A DNA stretch of 46,182 bases, taken from Piedraia hortae CBS 480.64 (lineage: Eukaryota). This document shows, in pieces, positions 1 through 11,579 of this stretch. The notes under the pieces were generated by a model that was not told the DNA's origin, did no database searches, and was given only the letters and a program-made list of their open reading frames with translations. How positions within the stretch are numbered: the first letter of the stretch is position 1; every line of letters begins with the position of its first letter. The translations under genes and the position numbers were made by a program. The stretch is from assembly GCA_010093745.1 (NCBI GenBank), contig MU005992.1, positions 124,001 to 170,182 on the forward strand, in the 5' to 3' direction.

Positions 1-708
1 GGTGTTAAACAAACCAGCAAGAGCAAATGCTCCAAGAATACAGACATTTGCCCGGTATACGGGGGGAAGGGGGGGGGGGGCTGCGAAGGATGGTAAACTG
101 CCCCGCAGTGATTTATCTGGATGATGCGCTCTAACTTGTTCGTTCGTAGGCCGTGCAGGAAGATTCAGCCCGAACTGGACGGGGCTGCGTTGTGGGGTGC
201 CCCAACAGGCCACATGCCCAGCGAGACTGTCCCGTCTTCGGTTAATTTGATGAATCCCAGCAAGATCAGAGGCTTGGCGAATTCCCCAGTTGGTTATACA
301 TCTGCTGAACATACTCCACTTTGTGTAAAAAAGGACTCTCCTCCGCGGCGTGATCTCGTTGTTGGACTCGGTGTCGTCTGTGAGGGTAAATTTGAATCGG
401 CCTGGGGACGTGTCGTGCTTTAAATGCCTCATGGTCGACTTCATGTCCTGCTTTTCTGGCCGAATCGTCTACGTAGACGCTTCAGCTCCGCATCAGTGAA
501 AGTTCGCTCAACAGTAACGACGCGATACCAAACACGGGTTGTGGTGAACTATGCCTTCTCGCAGTTGTGCCATATGCCAATGTAGAGGACAAATTCGTTT
601 CCGAAGAAGTAGATGTTTGGCAGCAAACATTCCACCGCAACAAGTTAACCTTTCGCCAACGACGTCTACTTGAGATTTTTCAGTATCAAGTTTATACTTT
701 CTGCAATA

Positions 709-3681
709 TCATACAAATCTACTATACCCACCCAACGAACCCCTCCGTCTCGCCCACTCCTTCCTGACTTCATCGAAAACGAGCACCAAGCTCGCAACAC
801 AGGTTAATCTAATCAAGTCATTGAGAGAGAGAGCTTCAGTTTGGAACACTCTTTGTAGTGGGGGAAGGTAGATGACAAGGCCCTGACCGATGAGCGAACC
901 CGAGACGGCGAGATTGAACATTTTGTTCGAGAGGAGCGGCACTTCGCCGCGGAAGACGGACTTGCGGGCGCTTCGACAGCTCAGGGCATTGAACATATCG
1001 AAGAGGACGAATTGGGTAAAGGTCAAAGTGGTGTCGCGGGCCGAGACGGCTCGGGCGGCGAGGTCTTCGGCTGTGAGGTTTGTGACGTAGGTGTAGAGCG
1101 TGCCGCAGAGGATGACGAGGGCGGATTGGAGCACACGGCGGATGAGACCGCGGGTGAGGACGCGGGCATGACGCGGACGGGGTGGTAGCTGCAGCAGGGC
1201 GGGATCAACGGGTTCGACGCCTAGGGATTGAGCCGGTGGACCGTCCATGAGGATGTTGATCCATAGGATCTGCATGGCGTTGAGAGGGTTCCGCCAGCCA
1301 CCCAGCGTGCTGAGCATGACGAGGCCCAACGCAGCGACCGACGTGCTGAGCTGAAAGGTAATGAAGTTTTGGATGTTGTGAAAGATGCCTTTGCCCTCTT
1401 CCATGGCGTGTAGGATTGTGCTGAAGTCGTCGTCGGTGAGGATCATATCGGCCGCTTCCTTGGCCACGTCGGTGCCCATGCGGCCCATGCTGATGCCTAT
1501 ATCGGCCTTTTTCAGTGCCGGTGCGTCGTTGACGCCGTCGCCCGTCATGGCTACAACGTCGCCGCGTTCCTGCAATGCGCTGATGATTTTGAGCTTGTGC
1601 TCGGGCGAGGTGCGGGCGAATATCAGGGCGCGAGGTATGCACTCGGCCAGATCGTGGGCCGACATGGCATCCAACAGGGGACCAGTGATGACGGGCGATC
1701 CCAGAGCCGAGTTGGGATTGATGGGCATGCCCAGCTTCCGCCCAATGGCCACCGCAGTCGCCTCCGAGTCGCCCGTAATCATCATCACCTTTACGCCGCC
1801 CGCCATCAAGCGGCGAATGGAGCGGTCGACGCCTTTTCGGGGAGGATCGGACATGCCTACGAGTCCTACGAAGCAGAGACCGTTATAGACCTGCTCGTTT
1901 AGGGTCGAATGCTGCTCCTCCGACGCAGTATCAACCGGCCCCGAGGCGAAACAGAGCACTCTCAAGCCATCATCAGCCATGGCGCGGGCAGCCTGGTCGG
2001 CTTCTTGTCTGCGAGCCTCATCCAGGACGATTTCACAACCGTTGGCGGCGAGGAAGGTATCACAGCGGCCAATAACCATCTCCAAAGCGCCCTTCACATA
2101 TGCCGTGTCTTTGCCGCCCTGGCCGGAGACGGTCACCCCCATCCACTTGCGCGTGCTGGAAAAGGGGACATTGAGCTTCCGCGGGCCAAGGCGATTCCGC
2201 ACGTCTTCCTCGCCAAAGAGATCAAGGAGATCACGAAGGGCAACGTCTGTTGGCTGTCCGGCCCAACGACTCTTCAGACCAGCAAGCTCTTCACCGCCTG
2301 CGTTTGCCAGGACGGCTTGGCCGCCAGCTGGGATGTGCTGCTGTGCATGGTCGCTCAGACGGGCGTCGTTGACTATATTCGCCGTGCGCAAAACAGCCTG
2401 GGTGGTGGCGCCGTTGGGGGCAATGCGGAGGACGGTGGAGACGTCTTGAGGTCCGTTGTCGCCGAAGCTCCACATCTTGGTGGCTGTCATGTGGTTGACC
2501 GTCAGGGTGCCCGTCTTGTCGGAGCAGACAACGTTTACCGAGCCCAGCGTCTCGACCGACGGCAGGCGGCGCACAATGGCGTGTCTCCGACTCATGCGCA
2601 GCACACCGAGAGCCAAAGTGACGGTGACGATGATGGGAAGCCCCTCCGGGATGGCGGCCACGGCCAGCGAGACGCCAATCTGAAAGAGCTCGAGAAAGTG
2701 CAGACCCCGCCAGAAGCCGACCAACATGATGAGGCCAATGACTCCAAACGACATGTAGCTAAGCTCCTTGCCCAGCCGATCCATGGACAACTGCAGCGGC
2801 GTCCGCGGGGATTCAATCTCACGCAGAGAGGCGCTGATGGCGCCAAATTCCGTCTCTCCGCCGGTGCCAACGACGATGCCCTGGCCGTAGCCGCTGCGCA
2901 CCAACGTGCCCATGAAGGCGATGTTGGTCTGTTCCGTTAGCCGCAGATCTCCGTGGTAGGAAGCGTTGCCATTAGGCATGCTGCGCGATACGCAGTCTGG
3001 GAACTTGTGCACCGGCTCATTCTCGCCTGTAAGGTTGCTTTCGTCTATGCTAAGATCGACCGCGTGCGTGATGCGAACGTCAGCCGGGATGCGGTCACCA
3101 GTGTGAAACAGAACCAGGTCGCCCGTAACCAATTGCGATGCTGGAACTGTCGTTGACGTCGTCTCCGCCGCCTTTGCCCTTCCCCTATCCACGGAGCCCC
3201 GAATCACATGCGCGCTGTGCGGCACCAGCCGGTTCAGAGCCTCCAGACTCTTCTCGCTGCGGTATTCTTGCACAAAAGCCACAGTGACAACGATGGTGAC
3301 GGCAACGGCAATGGAAACGGCATCGTCATAGTTGCGCATCACAGCCGAGATAGCGGCGCTGGCAAGCAGCAGCACGATGAGCGTTTCCTGGAACTGCTTC
3401 ATGAATCGCTGCCAGAGCGGCTCCGCCTCTTCCGATGGCAATTCATTGGAGCCCTGAACCTGCCGACGTGCTGATGCATCCCCCGGCGACAGGCCAAGTG
3501 TCAGCGATGTCGAGTGTCTGTGTGCTACGTCTTCCAGTGCCAGCTGTGCGTGTTCGGCCGTGATCGACTGCTGTCCGGGGAACTTGACACGGCTTCGCGG
3601 TCGGCCGGGCATGACCGGCTCGGGGGGTGGCAGCGACACATGTCCGGAGAATTTAGCCTCATGATGGAGCGGAAGCGACAT
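709..3681 (-). CDS. PMR1: Secretory-pathway Ca2+/Mn2+ P-type ATPase
   Basis: Intronless ORF with P-type ATPase motifs [18 protein letters not shown] (phosphorylated Asp), MITGD and [13 protein letters not shown], plus the PMR1/SPCA-type segment [24 protein letters not shown]. The ORF-track start at 3819 is GTG; the first in-frame ATG is at 3681. Confidence 0.93.
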   Translation of the reverse strand: MSLPLHHEAKFSGHVSLPPPEPVMPGRPRSRVKFPGQQSITAEHAQLALEDVAHRHSTSLTLGLSPGDASARRQVQGSNELPSEEAEPLWQRFMKQFQETLIVLLLASAAISAVMRNYDDAVSIAVAVTIVVTVAFVQEYRSEKSLEALNRLVPHSAHVIRGSVDRGRAKAAETTSTTVPASQLVTGDLVLFHTGDRIPADVRITHAVDLSIDESNLTGENEPVHKFPDCVSRSMPNGNASYHGDLRLTEQTNIAFMGTLVRSGYGQGIVVGTGGETEFGAISASLREIESPRTPLQLSMDRLGKELSYMSFGVIGLIMLVGFWRGLHFLELFQIGVSLAVAAIPEGLPIIVTVTLALGVLRMSRRHAIVRRLPSVETLGSVNVVCSDKTGTLTVNHMTATKMWSFGDNGPQDVSTVLRIAPNGATTQAVLRTANIVNDARLSDHAQQHIPAGGQAVLANAGGEELAGLKSRWAGQPTDVALRDLLDLFGEEDVRNRLGPRKLNVPFSSTRKWMGVTVSGQGGKDTAYVKGALEMVIGRCDTFLAANGCEIVLDEARRQEADQAARAMADDGLRVLCFASGPVDTASEEQHSTLNEQVYNGLCFVGLVGMSDPPRKGVDRSIRRLMAGGVKVMMITGDSEATAVAIGRKLGMPINPNSALGSPVITGPLLDAMSAHDLAECIPRALIFARTSPEHKLKIISALQERGDVVAMTGDGVNDAPALKKADIGISMGRMGTDVAKEAADMILTDDDFSTILHAMEEGKGIFHNIQNFITFQLSTSVAALGLVMLSTLGGWRNPLNAMQILWINILMDGPPAQSLGVEPVDPALLQLPPRPRHARVLTRGLIRRVLQSALVILCGTLYTYVTNLTAEDLAARAVSARDTTLTFTQFVLFDMFNALSCRSARKSVFRGEVPLLSNKMFNLAVSGSLIGQGLVIYLPPLQRVFQTEALSLNDLIRLTCVASLVLVFDEVRKEWARRRGSLGGYSRFV

Positions 3682-3817
3682 GCTACACAGCCCATACGGG
3701 GCCGGCTGTCTCGTTTTTCTTGAAGGATGAGGTTGCGAGAATGTCCGAAAGAAGCTTGGCGTGGGCGGGACGGCGCGTGGCCGAGAATTGCGGGGCCACC
3801 AGCCACTAAAATCCGTC

Positions 3818-3905
3818 ACGCGTCATGGCAACCGCGGCGCAACCGACAACAACGTCAACGACAACGACGCGATCGACGCGTCGCTATCGCAAAGCAGTTA
3901 TATAA
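3818..3905 (+). promoter_or_regulatory. MCB (MluI cell-cycle box) cluster and TATA-like element upstream of RAD21
   Basis: ACGCGT at 3818-3823 and 3876-3881, ACGCGA at 3867-3872, TATATAA at 3899-3905. Yeast MCD1/rad21 are MBF targets. Confidence 0.6.
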
Positions 3906-3942
3906 TAGCGCAAAACAGAAGCAATAAACAAACGAGTCCCCC

Positions 3943-5706
3943 ATGTTCTATTCCGACGCGCTTCTGGCGCGTAATGGGCCGCTGGCCCGCGTCTGGCTGG
4001 CGTCGAACCTCGAGCGCAAATTGACCAAGCAGAATGTGTTGGCGGAGAAGTTGGAGACCAAGGTGATGGATATTATCGGTCGCGACAGCGCGCCGCCAAT
4101 GGCGCTGCGCATGAGCGGCCAGCTGTTGCTAGGCGTCGTGCGCATTTACAGCCGCAAAACGCGTTATTTGCTGGACGACTGCTCCGAGGCGCTCATCAAG
4201 ATCCGCATGGCCTTTCGCCCCGGCCAGGTTGATCTTCCCGCGAATCAGATGCAGGCTGCCGCACGCGACGCGCAGCCGTTGGCCGAGACTGTTGCCGAAC
4301 TCGACCTTTTGGCGCCGCTGCCAGATCCCGAGGAGTTGCTGCGCGAGCCCGAAATCGCGCGCGGCCTCAACAGGGACCCGACATTGTTAGATGTGGATGT
4401 TAGCCAGCTGTTGCCCGAGTCACAAACGCCGCGACGCAAGCAGCGGGAACTGTTGATGGAAGATGACGACCTCGGTCTTGACTTGGGTCTGAGTCCGGGC
4501 CTTGTGGACAGGAGCATTGAAGTCGGGCGTCGCGCAGAGACTCCGGCCCACGCCGATCAGCCTAGTATCCTCCTACCGACCGATGACGACCTCGGACTGG
4601 ATCTCGGAATGGGAGAAGACAACACCGTCGGTCCAGTGCCTTTTGACGACGACGGGGATATGATGATGATGATGGACGATGGACCGTTGCCTCGAGAAGT
4701 GACGCCCAAGGCGAAGTCTGTGCCGCGGGACACGGCCACACCTCTGTCATCCATTCCTGCTCCGGACGTCGATCAGCAGAGCTTCCACGCACAGCAGGAC
4801 GAAGAAGAGGAAGACGCGACCATTCGGCACCAGCACCGGGCCAAGCGGCGAAAGGTGATTCGCAGTGATCCAGAGACGGAGCTCAAAAACAGCCAGCTGC
4901 TCAGCCACCAGAATGACCGCTCGGCCATCACAAAGCCCACATCGTTTCTGCCTCGCAATCCTCTCTTGCTGCAGCTGATGGAGATGCAAAAGGACGGGGG
5001 ACTGGTGTCCAGCGTGATTGGCGAGGACCGTCTACGTGGCTGTGCGCCCGAGCTACGCGGAATTCTCTCCCTCGAGTTGGTCAGGAAAGCCGGCGAAAAG
5101 AAACGTAAACGACTACAGACACGCGAGGAAGAGGCGCTGGAACAGCCAACACCGCGTCTTGAGCTTCCACAAGACGAGGACGATGGCTTCGTTCCCGCGC
5201 CAAGAGGCGATTTCGATAACATGGGCGGCGACTCGAACCTCAACTCTGATGCTGCAGTAGTCCCCTTGCCCATGTCAGATGACATCGCCGTCCAATTCGA
5301 CGATGAGATGCCTGCTCCCGCTGGAGCCACTCCGCCGCCATTCGACGCTACCGAAGCGCCATTGGTCCATCCGTCACAGTCGGGACCAGTTGCCCTAGGA
5401 ACGAAGAATGCCGTCCAGTTGCTACGGGGACATTTGGCCCCAAACCATCCAGTAGACGCGACTGAGCCGCCGACGCCGGGTTCAAGGGTACGTTCCGAAG
5501 CGTTATTCACAGACCTGTGTCCAGAGGAGACAACAACAAGACAGGACGCGACTAAGATGTTCTTTGAGCTGCTGGTCCTAGCCACAAAGGATGCAGTGAA
5601 GGTTGAGCAAAGTAGCGAAGAGCTGGGGCGGCCGATTCGATTAAGAGGGAAGCGAGGCCTTTGGGGCGAATGGGCTGAAATGAGGACCCAACCGGAGACT
5701 GTATGA
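3943..5706 (+). CDS. RAD21: Cohesin kleisin subunit Rad21/Scc1
   Basis: N-terminal Rad21/Rec8 domain (MFYSDALLARNGPLARVWLA...ALRMSGQLLLGVVRIYSRK), C-terminal winged helix (TRQDATKMFFELLVLAT) and separase-type site SIEVGRR. Confidence 0.95.
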   Translation: MFYSDALLARNGPLARVWLASNLERKLTKQNVLAEKLETKVMDIIGRDSAPPMALRMSGQLLLGVVRIYSRKTRYLLDDCSEALIKIRMAFRPGQVDLPANQMQAAARDAQPLAETVAELDLLAPLPDPEELLREPEIARGLNRDPTLLDVDVSQLLPESQTPRRKQRELLMEDDDLGLDLGLSPGLVDRSIEVGRRAETPAHADQPSILLPTDDDLGLDLGMGEDNTVGPVPFDDDGDMMMMMDDGPLPREVTPKAKSVPRDTATPLSSIPAPDVDQQSFHAQQDEEEEDATIRHQHRAKRRKVIRSDPETELKNSQLLSHQNDRSAITKPTSFLPRNPLLLQLMEMQKDGGLVSSVIGEDRLRGCAPELRGILSLELVRKAGEKKRKRLQTREEEALEQPTPRLELPQDEDDGFVPAPRGDFDNMGGDSNLNSDAAVVPLPMSDDIAVQFDDEMPAPAGATPPPFDATEAPLVHPSQSGPVALGTKNAVQLLRGHLAPNHPVDATEPPTPGSRVRSEALFTDLCPEETTTRQDATKMFFELLVLATKDAVKVEQSSEELGRPIRLRGKRGLWGEWAEMRTQPETV

Positions 5707-5749
5707 CTTTCCCACCGATTTTGAATAGTATGTAGCCAAAAGCTTTGCC

Positions 5750-6727
5750 TTAGATCAACTTAAAAGGCCTCTGCCACGACCCATGGTGCACACCGGACAT
5801 GTACCTCCCTCTCAGATCCGGTTTCTGCAACCTCCTAAACGCCTCTAGAATATGTCTCGGTCCAACCGGCGTCCTCGTATCAGCCGTCTGGTCAAACAAT
5901 CCCGGCTCTACCCTCCTCCTCTTCCTCTTCCTCTGTTCGCTCTCATCATCCGCCCCTCGCTTGACCGCATCCTCCGCCGCTTTCACCTCCAACGCCTTCT
6001 CCGTCAACAACGTCACAATCTCAAACGTCAAAAACCCCAAAATGTCAATAACATCATCACTCGGCTTCGAATCGGTAACAACCCCAAAACCCGCCCACTC
6101 GCGGAATCTCTTCCCCTTCCTAAAAGTAAACGACGCTTGCCTACACTCCGAGAAGTGAAGATACTCCTCCGGACTCATCGACTTTGTCCGCTCATCCGCC
6201 TGCTTCAACCTCTGCAGCGTAGCAGCCGTCAGCTCCTCCTCCTCCTCATCCTCCTCATCCTCCCTTTCGGGAACCTGCACGTTATAAAAACTATTAACGT
6301 CCCACGGCAATCTGATCTTGGCCTTCTTGTTCTTACTCGTCCGTGTACCGACGCTTGGTCCCGCTCCGAGCGTAGGATCCGCGAGTTCAAATTCATCAAC
6401 ACCGCCTCCATCACCCCCTCCCGCGCCCTTTTCATCACTATCCTTTGCCGTCTTGCGGACGTCTTTCCACGATAAGAACGTCTTGAGCCGTGACGTCTTC
6501 GCTTTATTATGTCTGATCAAGAAGAATAGATCTTCGGTGGTTATGGTCCGCGAACCGCGTAAACCAGCCGTTTCGGATGCTCGTTTAAGCATCTCCATGA
6601 CTTGTTGCTGGACGAGCCCTTCGATCATGGTGGTTGTCTCTGCGCCTACTTCGCCCGTCTCGCCGCACACAAACATCATCTGCTGGATTTCGGTGCGGTA
6701 TTTTGCTTTGTTATTCTGTTGCGCCAT
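5750..6727 (-). CDS. SPT3: SAGA complex subunit Spt3
   Basis: [65 protein letters not shown] placed at 6727. Confidence 0.93.
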   Translation of the reverse strand: MAQQNNKAKYRTEIQQMMFVCGETGEVGAETTTMIEGLVQQQVMEMLKRASETAGLRGSRTITTEDLFFLIRHNKAKTSRLKTFLSWKDVRKTAKDSDEKGAGGGDGGGVDEFELADPTLGAGPSVGTRTSKNKKAKIRLPWDVNSFYNVQVPEREDEEDEEEEELTAATLQRLKQADERTKSMSPEEYLHFSECRQASFTFRKGKRFREWAGFGVVTDSKPSDDVIDILGFLTFEIVTLLTEKALEVKAAEDAVKRGADDESEQRKRKRRRVEPGLFDQTADTRTPVGPRHILEAFRRLQKPDLRGRYMSGVHHGSWQRPFKLI

Positions 6728-6905
6728 TGCAATCCCCCCAATCCTGTCCGTCAGGTTGTCTGGTGTTGGTGTAAGGCAGTCGATTACATAATCAGACAGC
6801 CTGCCAAGCAAACTAACCCCTCCCATCCACCATCCAAAAAAAAAAAAAAGAAAGAAAGAAAGAACCATATTAGCCTCGCCAACTCACAAGTACTACCCAA
6901 TAACA

Positions 6906-7807
6906 ATGCTGAATATAATCGGCCTAGGCCTCTCCAACGAACGCGACGTCACCCTCAACGGCCTCGCTGCCATTCGCCGGAGTAAATACATCTACCTCGA
7001 ATCCTACACCTCCATCCTATCTGTTCCGCTCTCAACCCTCGTACTTATTACATCCCCCCTTATCATCCCTTCCATCTAACCCCCCAGGAAAATCTCTACG
7101 GAAAAGAACTCATCCCCGCCGACCGCGAAACCGTCGAGTCGGGCACGTCGATCCTCTCCCACGCGGCAGCGGATGAAGTATCCCTCCTAATCGTCGGCGA
7201 CCCCTTCTCCGCAACAACACACACGGACCTTGTCCTCCGCTGTCGCGAACACAACCCTCCCATCAAGGTGAAGACTTTTCCCAATGCGAGCATCCTCACC
7301 GCCATCGGCGCCACGGGACTCAGCCTCTACAAATTCGGACAGACGGTGAGTATGCCTTTTTTCAGCGAGAACTGGAAACCGGAGAGTTGGTATGATCGTT
7401 TGAAAGGGAATTCTGAGCTGGGGCTGCATTCGCTTGTACTCCTGGATATTAAGGTGAGGGAGAGGGATTGGGGGGAGATGGTTAAGGGTAGGGTTGTGTA
7501 CGAGGAGCCGAGGTATATGTCTGTGAGGGTTTGTGCGAGGCAGATGGTGGAGATTGAGGAGGGGAGGGGGGAGGGGGTCTGTGAACGGGGAAGATTGGGG
7601 GTGGGCGTTGCGAGGTTGGGGGCGGAGGATGAAAAGATCGTTGCGGGGACGTTGGGGGAGTTGTGTGATGTTGAGCTTGGGGAGCCGCTGCATAGTGTCG
7701 TGGTGTGTGGGAGGATGCATGAGATGGAGTGGCTGTTTTTGAGGGAGTTTGCGGTTGATAAGGAGGGGTTTGATGAGGCTTATAAAGAGAGGGGGTATGC
7801 GGAGTAG
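6906..7807 (+). CDS. DPH5: Diphthine methyl ester synthase (2 exons: 6906-7040, 7088-7807)
   Basis: [20 protein letters not shown]...YLESYTSIL spliced across a 47-nt intron (7041-7087, CTAAC branch) to [17 protein letters not shown]...[13 protein letters not shown]...LYKFGQTVS...[11 protein letters not shown]. Confidence 0.95.
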
Positions 7808-7931
7808 AAGAACCACACTGCGTGCACTTGTTTAACTAGTTTTTTTTTTTTTTAGTTTTTTTTTTTTTTTTTTTAAGGGGAGGGGGTGGGAGGTGGTTGG
7901 TGGTTGGTGGTGGTTGGTGATGTTGGGTTGA

Positions 7932-10900
7932 TTACTCTAGTTTGAAGCTGTCTTCGTTGAGGGCCCCGTATAGGGTCTCGATTTCGATGCTGACGGAGCG
8001 GATGTCTTCTGCTAGCTGGCCTGTTACTAGGACTATTTCATGTTAGTGATGGTACTGATGGGAGGGTTGGACCCACCGTAGGCGTATAACAGCTCATAAT
8101 CCTGCTCCGTAGCCTCATCCCTCCACTCTGCTGCATGTCTAAACTCCGACACCTTGGTCAACAGCCTCTCCCTGGTATGATCAATCGACGGCAAGACATC
8201 GCTGAGAGGATACTTCAACTTGAGACTACTAGCCAAGACGAAGAACAAATGGCTTATCCGCGCCGAAAGCGCCGCTCGCTCCTTTCTTGTATACCGCAGG
8301 ACAGCAGCCTCTCCCGGCGTATATGCCAAATTCTTCGAAATGACAATATTGATGACGTGGAAAGCGTCCAGCATTCGTCCTGTAATCGTCAAAATCCGTC
8401 TGATCCTGTTATCCGGAAAAGCACCCGACAGGCCGTATTCCGAATTCGCCGCCTTGCGCAGAGTCTGTAAATTCAGCAGACTAGACCGCAGCGACGACTC
8501 CTCCCGAATGTCCATATACCTGCAGCTAGGCTCGCCCTGGAGGAGCATAGCCAACGGGTCTCGCTTCCAAATCAATCCCATTCGCAGCCAAAGAACGCTC
8601 AGTCCATCTCTCAACTTCCTCCTGGCTGAAATCGGCCAAATGATGCGCGTGATGATGATCGCCCAGATGCATCCAACCACGACAGCCACCACACGGTGCG
8701 CAACAATCTCCCATATGGCGGGGTCTATGCCTCCTTCGTCATCATCGTTATCGCCATCCTGCACGGATAGACTATACGAGTAAAGCGCCACAAGATTGTA
8801 AGTAAGCATGATGAATCGTCCGAGAGGTCCGTTGTTCTTGGCCAGGATGATGTAGAAACATCCTATCGAAACCAGCCAGCCGAACAGGCCCAGAATCCAG
8901 GGATTTGCATCGCCATTGTGGTGGGCAGCAAGCCATCCTACAATCGACAGAAACGCCCCGACGAACGTGCCCAGAAATCGTTGGAACGAGGTCGTGTTGG
9001 ATGCGCCGACTGTCATCGAGCAGACGACCATGTAGGATACAAGTCCCCATTCCCCTCGCCATTTTGAAAATATAGGTCGAGTTCTGGGTATGAAAGCTGG
9101 AAGAGCATATAGCATTGCTCCAAGACCGACTTTGATGGCAAATTTGACATCATCCCTTCCGAAAAAGCGTGCAAGATGACGGATGTTGTGAGACCATGTT
9201 TTCGTCTCCCCCTCGAAATCATAACTCCTTAGTCTTTCCAATCTTGTGGGCAGTGATTTCAAGGATTCGGAAGCAGTTTGGCCCACGGAAAGAGTGGCCT
9301 CATGCTCTGCTTGCGGGCTTGTAGATTCCGAAGGTGGGCTCCGCCTATACGATATAAGCCAAGACCAGGTGCGTCGTGGTGATTCCACCACATCCCGCAA
9401 GTCTTCGAGTGCAGAGAGGAATGACAGCACTTCTTCTGCAAAGTCTAGCAGGGAGAATGAAAAGTGGCCACAACATGCGGAAACCTGTGAAGGATGTTAC
9501 TTTGTGTCAAACACTTGGGAACAGAGGATTTACCTCCTCCATGTTCGCCTTTGCGCTTTCTGGGGCTGGGTTGAACGAGCCACGGCGTGGTGTAAACTGC
9601 CCAGAGAGTGATCTTCGTCGTACGGTCAAGTTCCCTTCTCCTGGAACTCTGATTGAATTGCCATCCTGTGCCGAGTTTAGTATTGCACTCGGGGCTCTAC
9701 CGCGGTAAAGATTCTCAAGTGCCTCCGTTCGTGACTGTTTATAAAGATCAATGGCTCGTTTGAGGCTTGAAAAAAAAAATTAGCAGAGTTCTTAATCGGT
9801 TAGAGAGTGTGCACCTGGAATGGAAGTTTTTGTTAACGGCAACTTCGACGTCGGCATTTCTCCACCAATGGCGGAATGTAGCCTACTTTATCGTCAGCCT
9901 TGTAACATCCCGGCAGTGCTTTTATACCCTCGAGCTATCGTTCTTCCTGAATGGCAATTCGTCAAGGATTTGTTTGATCATGAACACGAGTGATTTCGTA
10001 GGTGGAGCCAACTCCTCCAAGAACGCATAGAACAATCCGCTGGGCGACTTTGGACAATTGCTGACAATGGAGCCTTTTCTGAGGCCACTGTTTTCGTCCT
10101 CTGTCTCGTGAGGAGACTCAGCAATAACCTGGAGCTGACGAGTTGGCGGCCTTGAAGATTCATGAGCCGTAGGCGCCTCCAATCCCTGTAACATGGCAAA
10201 CTGAGCAAAAGCAGCGCTTCTGAGTCCCCCAAGATCTTGTGACATACCAATAAGGCATTCCACAATCCGGGCTTCCCGCTTCCATTGATGCTCCCTTCCC
10301 AGCAAGAAGAGCTCTCGCTTGGCTTCACCCAGATCTTTAGTCATAACAGCCGACGACGCATCGTGTTCACTCGTCAGACCTTGGAAGTAATTGTCATGCA
10401 AGTCTCCTTGACGTCCGGAAAGAAAAGCTTGGGTAATGGAGATTAACATGTCACCCAAAAGATCGGTATGTCGTTCCATGTCCTTGACAAGCTGGTTTCG
10501 AGCAAAGACTGGGAAGACTAGCATGTTGATTGCAGTGGTTGCCGTGACTCCCATGATGACCATCAGCAGCACCTGGGCTACCTTGTCGTTGGAAAATTCC
10601 CCGGCCTGCACGGAACCTTCCTTTATCATGACAGTTATACAACCTATCGACGCCAGGGAACAGGCAACATTGACCAGTGGATGACCAAGATGCTGCTTGA
10701 CCCAAGCAACGAGACCGAGGCCTAGTTCCTGGTCAGCTACATGTAACCAACAACATCGATGATCACCTACCCCCTCCAATGAACACAACCAAAACAACGG
10801 TATGTCCCACAATCAGCAAACCCCGCAACCCAAAAAACATGCTTATCCCCATACTCGTAAAAGAAACAATTCCAGCGTAGCAAAACGCAATAAACGTCAA

Positions 10901-11344
10901 CGCCGTCGCCTCATGCATGCTCCCAATACTCCTTGCTGGATGGAACCATACCGTAACCGTAGCCACAAGGTGTTTGCTATCCTGCCTCTCCCCAATCAGC
11001 CGCGCGATAAACGGAATAAACGTCGCGAGCGAACCCAGAAGGTACGCGAGCGAACACTTCAAGATCCCAGATCCGGTCTTCGAAGCCGCAAACGTGCGCA
11101 CAACCCGTATACACCTCTGTAACACCCCCTGAACGACGGGCTCTTCCCGCCGAACCCGACCATTAAGCAGCAGCGGCGTAACCTCAGACGCATTACTCTC
11201 GGCCCCATTGGAGGCATCCTGCAAGGTAAACGCTCGTTTGACACGTTCTCCCGTCAGCGGAGAAATATACGAAGCTCTGCGGATGGGATGGTTCCAGAAT
11301 CGGCCTCGGAATTGGTCGTTTGAGGGCGCATCGCCGGTTGCCAT
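7932..11344 (-). CDS. Multi-pass membrane protein, aromatic acid exporter / fusaric-acid-resistance (FUSC)-like family (6 exons)
   Basis: Three ORF-track pieces join in frame through introns 10722-10770, 9883-9927, 9766-9814, 9485-9533 and 8033-8076. Motifs include LKCSLAYLLGSLATF, KFAIKVGLGA, WRGEWGLVSY, RFLGTFVGA and IWPISARRKLR. Confidence 0.82.
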
Positions 11345-11349
11345 GACGG

Positions 11350-11384
11350 TTTTTTTTTTCTTCTTCTTCTTCTTCTTCTTCTTC
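11350..11384 (+). repeat. poly-T plus (TTC)n microsatellite
   Basis: A T run followed by about 9 TTC units, immediately upstream of the minus-strand ATG at 11344. Confidence 0.9.
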
Positions 11385-11579
11385 TTTAAGGCTGAGTTAT
11401 GTCATGGTTGGTAAGGACTCCATCACACCACTTCTTTCTGTCTGGTTCTCTGGTTGTTCGATGCAGGGATGGCGAGGTGGAGCCCCGGATTCCGGCCGTC
11501 TGGGACAGCCAATCAGAATTCACCAAAGGTTTACCCACCCCTGCGCGTTTGAGTTCGCATCGCAGACCTCAAGCAAACC

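Noticed and set aside
1..700. Possible gene remnant downstream of PMR1
   Set aside because: All frames contain stops and no family is recognisable without a search.
1909..2940. Long antisense ORFs (e.g. 1909-2940, 4773-5585)
   Set aside because: They lie opposite well-supported genes and are expected in GC-rich coding DNA.
3682..3819. N-terminal extension of PMR1 from the ORF track
   Set aside because: It starts at GTG and overlaps the MCB promoter region; the first ATG is at 3681.
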